Shown: one piece after another, positions 16,792 through 19,594 of the stretch
Layout: the number at the start of each line of letters is the position of its first letter
Position numbering within the stretch: position 1 is the stretch's first letter
From: a bacterium
GTDB lineage: Bacteria; Zhuqueibacterota; Zhuqueibacteria; Oceanimicrobiales; Oceanimicrobiaceae
Length of the DNA stretch: 19,594 bases
Assembly: GCA_046757525.1 (NCBI GenBank)
Contig: JBHHYI010000076.1
Span: 1-19,594, forward strand
Direction: 5' to 3'
The notes under the pieces: model-generated
What the model was told of the DNA's origin: nothing
Database searches by the model: none
The model's input: only the letters and a program-made list of their open reading frames with translations
Position numbers and translations under genes: made by a program

Positions 16792-18027
16792 ATGGCAACC
16801 TATTTGGACCCGAAGAATTACTATCGCCTGCCCTGGAGCTTGACCGACAACGCCATTTCCTGGTTGGAACCGACCTGGAAATGTAACATCTATTGTGAAG
16901 GCTGCTATCGAATCAACGACCCCCGCGGCCACAAATCCCTGGAGCGCGTCAAAGAGGAGCTGGCCGTTTTCAAGAAATACCGCAATACCGATGGTGTTTC
17001 CATCGCCGGGGGAGATCCACTCATTCATCCGGACATCGTGGAAATCGTGCGCATGGTCGCGGAGGACGGTCAAAAACCGATCTTAAACACCAATGGCGTC
17101 GCCCTGACCAGGGAGCTTTTGAAGGAGCTAAAGAAGGCGGGGGCGAAGGGCTTTACTTTCCATGTGGACAGCAAACAAAGGCGACCACACTGGAAAGGCA
17201 AAAGCGAGCTGGAGTTGTGCGAACTGCGCCAACACTTCGCCGAAATGCTGCACGAAATCGGTGGACTCTCCTGTGCGTTTAACTCTACTGTATATGAAGA
17301 CACCTTGCCCTATGTTCCGGACCTGGTCGCATGGGCACAAAAGCATATCGACAAGGTTCACGTCATCGTGTTCATCGCCTACCGTGCCGCCACCCTGGAC
17401 GGCCGTTTTGATTACTACGCCGGCGCCGAGAAGGTCGACCTGGAGGAAGTGCCGTATACGACCACGAGTGACCGGAAAGTCGATATTTTGTCGACCGACA
17501 TTTATGAACTCATCAAGAAGCGGTTTCCGGAATTTGACAGCGCGGCCTACTTGAACGGCACCAACAAGCCCGATTCGTTCAAATGGCTGCTCAGCGGCCG
17601 CATCGGCACACGCGAAAAAATCTACGGCTACGTCGGTCCCCGGTTCATGGAAATAGCGCAGGTGTTCCATCACCTGCGCCACGGTCACTATCTGGCCTAC
17701 TCTGAGCCAAAAGTCATGCGGCGCGGCAAAGCCATGCTGCTGCTTTCTCCTTTGGACGCGCGAGTTCGCGCCATCGCCCGCAATTATTTTCTGTCTGCCG
17801 TGAGGAATCCCATCCGGTTGTTCAGACGACTGCATTACCAGTCGGTCATGATCATCCAGCCGCCCGATGTTCTGGAGGACGGGACCCAGAACATGTGTGA
17901 TGCCTGTCCGGACATGACGGTGCTGGACGGCAAGCTGGTCTGGTCCTGTCGCATGGAAGAACCCATGAAGTATGGTTGTTTTGTGAGGACGGTGCCGAAG
18001 GCGCTGCAAACCATTGAACAAGTTTAG
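16792..18027 (+). CDS. Radical SAM protein with an extra C-terminal Cys cluster; substrate unknown
   Basis: CNIYCEGC (CxxxCxxC), SIAGGDPL, LNTNG and a C-terminal MCDACPDM...WSCR. ATG 16792 is preceded by GGAGGGAG. Confidence 0.93.
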   Translation: MATYLDPKNYYRLPWSLTDNAISWLEPTWKCNIYCEGCYRINDPRGHKSLERVKEELAVFKKYRNTDGVSIAGGDPLIHPDIVEIVRMVAEDGQKPILNTNGVALTRELLKELKKAGAKGFTFHVDSKQRRPHWKGKSELELCELRQHFAEMLHEIGGLSCAFNSTVYEDTLPYVPDLVAWAQKHIDKVHVIVFIAYRAATLDGRFDYYAGAEKVDLEEVPYTTTSDRKVDILSTDIYELIKKRFPEFDSAAYLNGTNKPDSFKWLLSGRIGTREKIYGYVGPRFMEIAQVFHHLRHGHYLAYSEPKVMRRGKAMLLLSPLDARVRAIARNYFLSAVRNPIRLFRRLHYQSVMIIQPPDVLEDGTQNMCDACPDMTVLDGKLVWSCRMEEPMKYGCFVRTVPKALQTIEQV

Positions 18028-18039
18028 GAGATGCGGATC

Positions 18040-18216
18040 ATGTTTGACTGGTTTCCCAGGAATATTTTGACTTACGGCGGCAAAATTGACTCGGCATTCT
18101 ACCTGATTTTCTATATTGTGGGTTCGGGCTTTCTGTTAGGTGAAGGGTTCGTCCATCTTAATCTGGTTGTATTTACAAAAACGCAAACAGTCGCACCCGG
18201 TCTCCAGAGAAAATAG
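18040..18216 (+). pseudogene. N-terminal stub resembling heme-copper oxidase subunit II (CoxB-like)
   Basis: AGGAG RBS, then MFDWFPRNILTYGGKIDSAFYLIFYIVG..FLLGEG, resembling the W.P...STYG..ID.LF..I..I.G..F pattern before TM1 of CoxB. There is no second helix or CuA domain. Confidence 0.6.
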
Positions 18217-18294
18217 CACTTCTTGAACATTCAATCCTGATTCAGGCTTTTTCCACAGACCTGACAACAAGAGGTCAGAGACTTTGAACTCTGT

Positions 18295-19494
18295 CTAAAC
18301 GTCGCTGGTCATGATGAAGAGCGGTTGGCGCATGAAGGTTTCGTATTTTGGCCGGAGCCGTTCGGTGTTGTAGTACTTGTTGACGTCGATGATCTTCTTG
18401 CGTCCGTTGACCACATCGATGGGGACGTTGTCGTAGCAGCCATTGCGCAGACAGACCAGACGTCCGGATTTCTTCGCCAGCACCAAATCCAGGGCAAGAT
18501 TGCCGTAGGCTATGGGTACGATTGAATCGAGGGCGTCGGGATCGCCACAGCGCACCAAATAGCCAAGGCGTTGGTTGACAATGTTGATGCGTTTGTCAAG
18601 GTTGAATCTTGGCGAAAGCTCTTTAAGCAACGTGGCTACTTTGTCGCCAATGCCGCCCAGCTTGCGATGCCCGTATTGGTCTTTTTCTTCGCTTTCGAAC
18701 GACATGTCCGCATCCCGGGTCATCTGTGCGCCTTCAGAAACGAGCACCACAGCGTACTTGCTTGGATGATGATTGCGGTCGTGGACAAGGAGCTCGGCCA
18801 GATGTTCAATGTCAAAATTGTACTCAGGAATCACGCACCGATCGGCCGCACCGGCCACCGTGGGTAGCATGGCTGTAAAACCCGCATAGCGACCAAAAAC
18901 CTCGATGACCAGCAGGCGTTCATGGGAACCTGCGGTGGTGCGCAGCTTGTGCGTCAGTTCGATGGTGCGGGTGACACAGGTGCTGAACCCAATGCAGTAG
19001 CTGGTGCCAGGAACATCATTGTCCATGGTTTTGGGAATGGCAACGACCTTGACGCCCTCTTTGTGGAGTCGCTGGGCGTAACTTAGCGTATCGTCGCCGC
19101 CAATGGGAATGAGATAATCGATGCCGAGGAACTCGATATTCTTGAGAACCTCCGTGGTAACATCGCTGATCTCGTCGGTATATTTGTCCCTGAGGTGCTT
19201 TGGGACAATGCTCCGAGGCAGGCGACTCGGCCGGGTTCGGGAAGTGTGCAGGAAGGTTCCGCCGGTGCGCCCTGCCCGGTCGACGATTTCCTCGGTAAGC
19301 GGCTGCACGTGGTCGCTGTTGTCGGCATCCTTGTCACGGACGAGATCGACCAGGCCGGCCCAGCCTCTTCGTATTCCCAGGACCCGGTAACCCTCGCGCA
19401 AGGCGCGAAAGGTAACGGCACGGATGGCCGGATTGAGTCCCGGGACATCGCCCCCACCTGTGAGAATTCCGATGGTGCCTTTGAAAGTTGACAT
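18295..19494 (-). CDS. Phosphofructokinase (PfkA family), PPi-dependent signature
   Basis: GILTGGGDVPGLN, GGTFLHTSR, IGGDDT, IPKTMDND, IEVFGRYAG, VSEGA and LGYLVRCG. Probable start ATG 19494 with an AGGAG RBS. Confidence 0.95.
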   Translation of the reverse strand: MSTFKGTIGILTGGGDVPGLNPAIRAVTFRALREGYRVLGIRRGWAGLVDLVRDKDADNSDHVQPLTEEIVDRAGRTGGTFLHTSRTRPSRLPRSIVPKHLRDKYTDEISDVTTEVLKNIEFLGIDYLIPIGGDDTLSYAQRLHKEGVKVVAIPKTMDNDVPGTSYCIGFSTCVTRTIELTHKLRTTAGSHERLLVIEVFGRYAGFTAMLPTVAGAADRCVIPEYNFDIEHLAELLVHDRNHHPSKYAVVLVSEGAQMTRDADMSFESEEKDQYGHRKLGGIGDKVATLLKELSPRFNLDKRINIVNQRLGYLVRCGDPDALDSIVPIAYGNLALDLVLAKKSGRLVCLRNGCYDNVPIDVVNGRKKIIDVNKYYNTERLRPKYETFMRQPLFIMTSDV

Positions 19495-19594
19495 GTTTTT
19501 GTTCTCCTGCAATGGTTTCTTCGGATTCAATCTCAGAGTGAAAATTGGTTTTACAAAAAATTAAAAAAGTTTTCAGCAAATGCAACAGAAAGAT

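Noticed and set aside
1..19594. CRISPR array, tRNA or rRNA genes
   Set aside because: I saw no regularly spaced repeats and no tRNA- or rRNA-like sequence by eye; a covariance-model scan was not possible.

Overview
Bacterial chromosomal window with a heavily decayed accessory left half and a mostly intact metabolic right half. The many near-identical PknB-like kinase paralogs and the overall gene style suggest an FCB-group organism such as KSB1 (inference only). Bases 1-4560 hold five broken Ser/Thr-kinase pieces interleaved with an intact ClC-CBS-RCK_C anion transporter and a 5'-truncated DUF4143 gene. Next come an intact phoB-phoR pair on the minus strand and a scrapyard at 7198-8202 (two RHS fragments flanking a broken antitoxin/PIN-toxin pair, plus a tyrosine-recombinase fragment). 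An orphan GH108 muramidase follows, then an operon of a GcvT-like aminomethyltransferase and two paralogous phytoene-dehydrogenase/PYROXD2-like flavoproteins. The rest is a retropepsin-like protease, a sirtuin, a sulfotransferase-fold gene, an Rrf2 regulator divergent from a radical SAM gene and a truncated oxidase subunit II, and a PFK with the PPi-type signature. The strongest non-obvious signals are a 162-bp MITE-like element (11-bp TIRs, perfect 8-bp target duplication, four internal hairpins) at 15192-15353, the AMT plus twin-flavoprotein candidate demethylase system, and the kinase-fragment mosaic.
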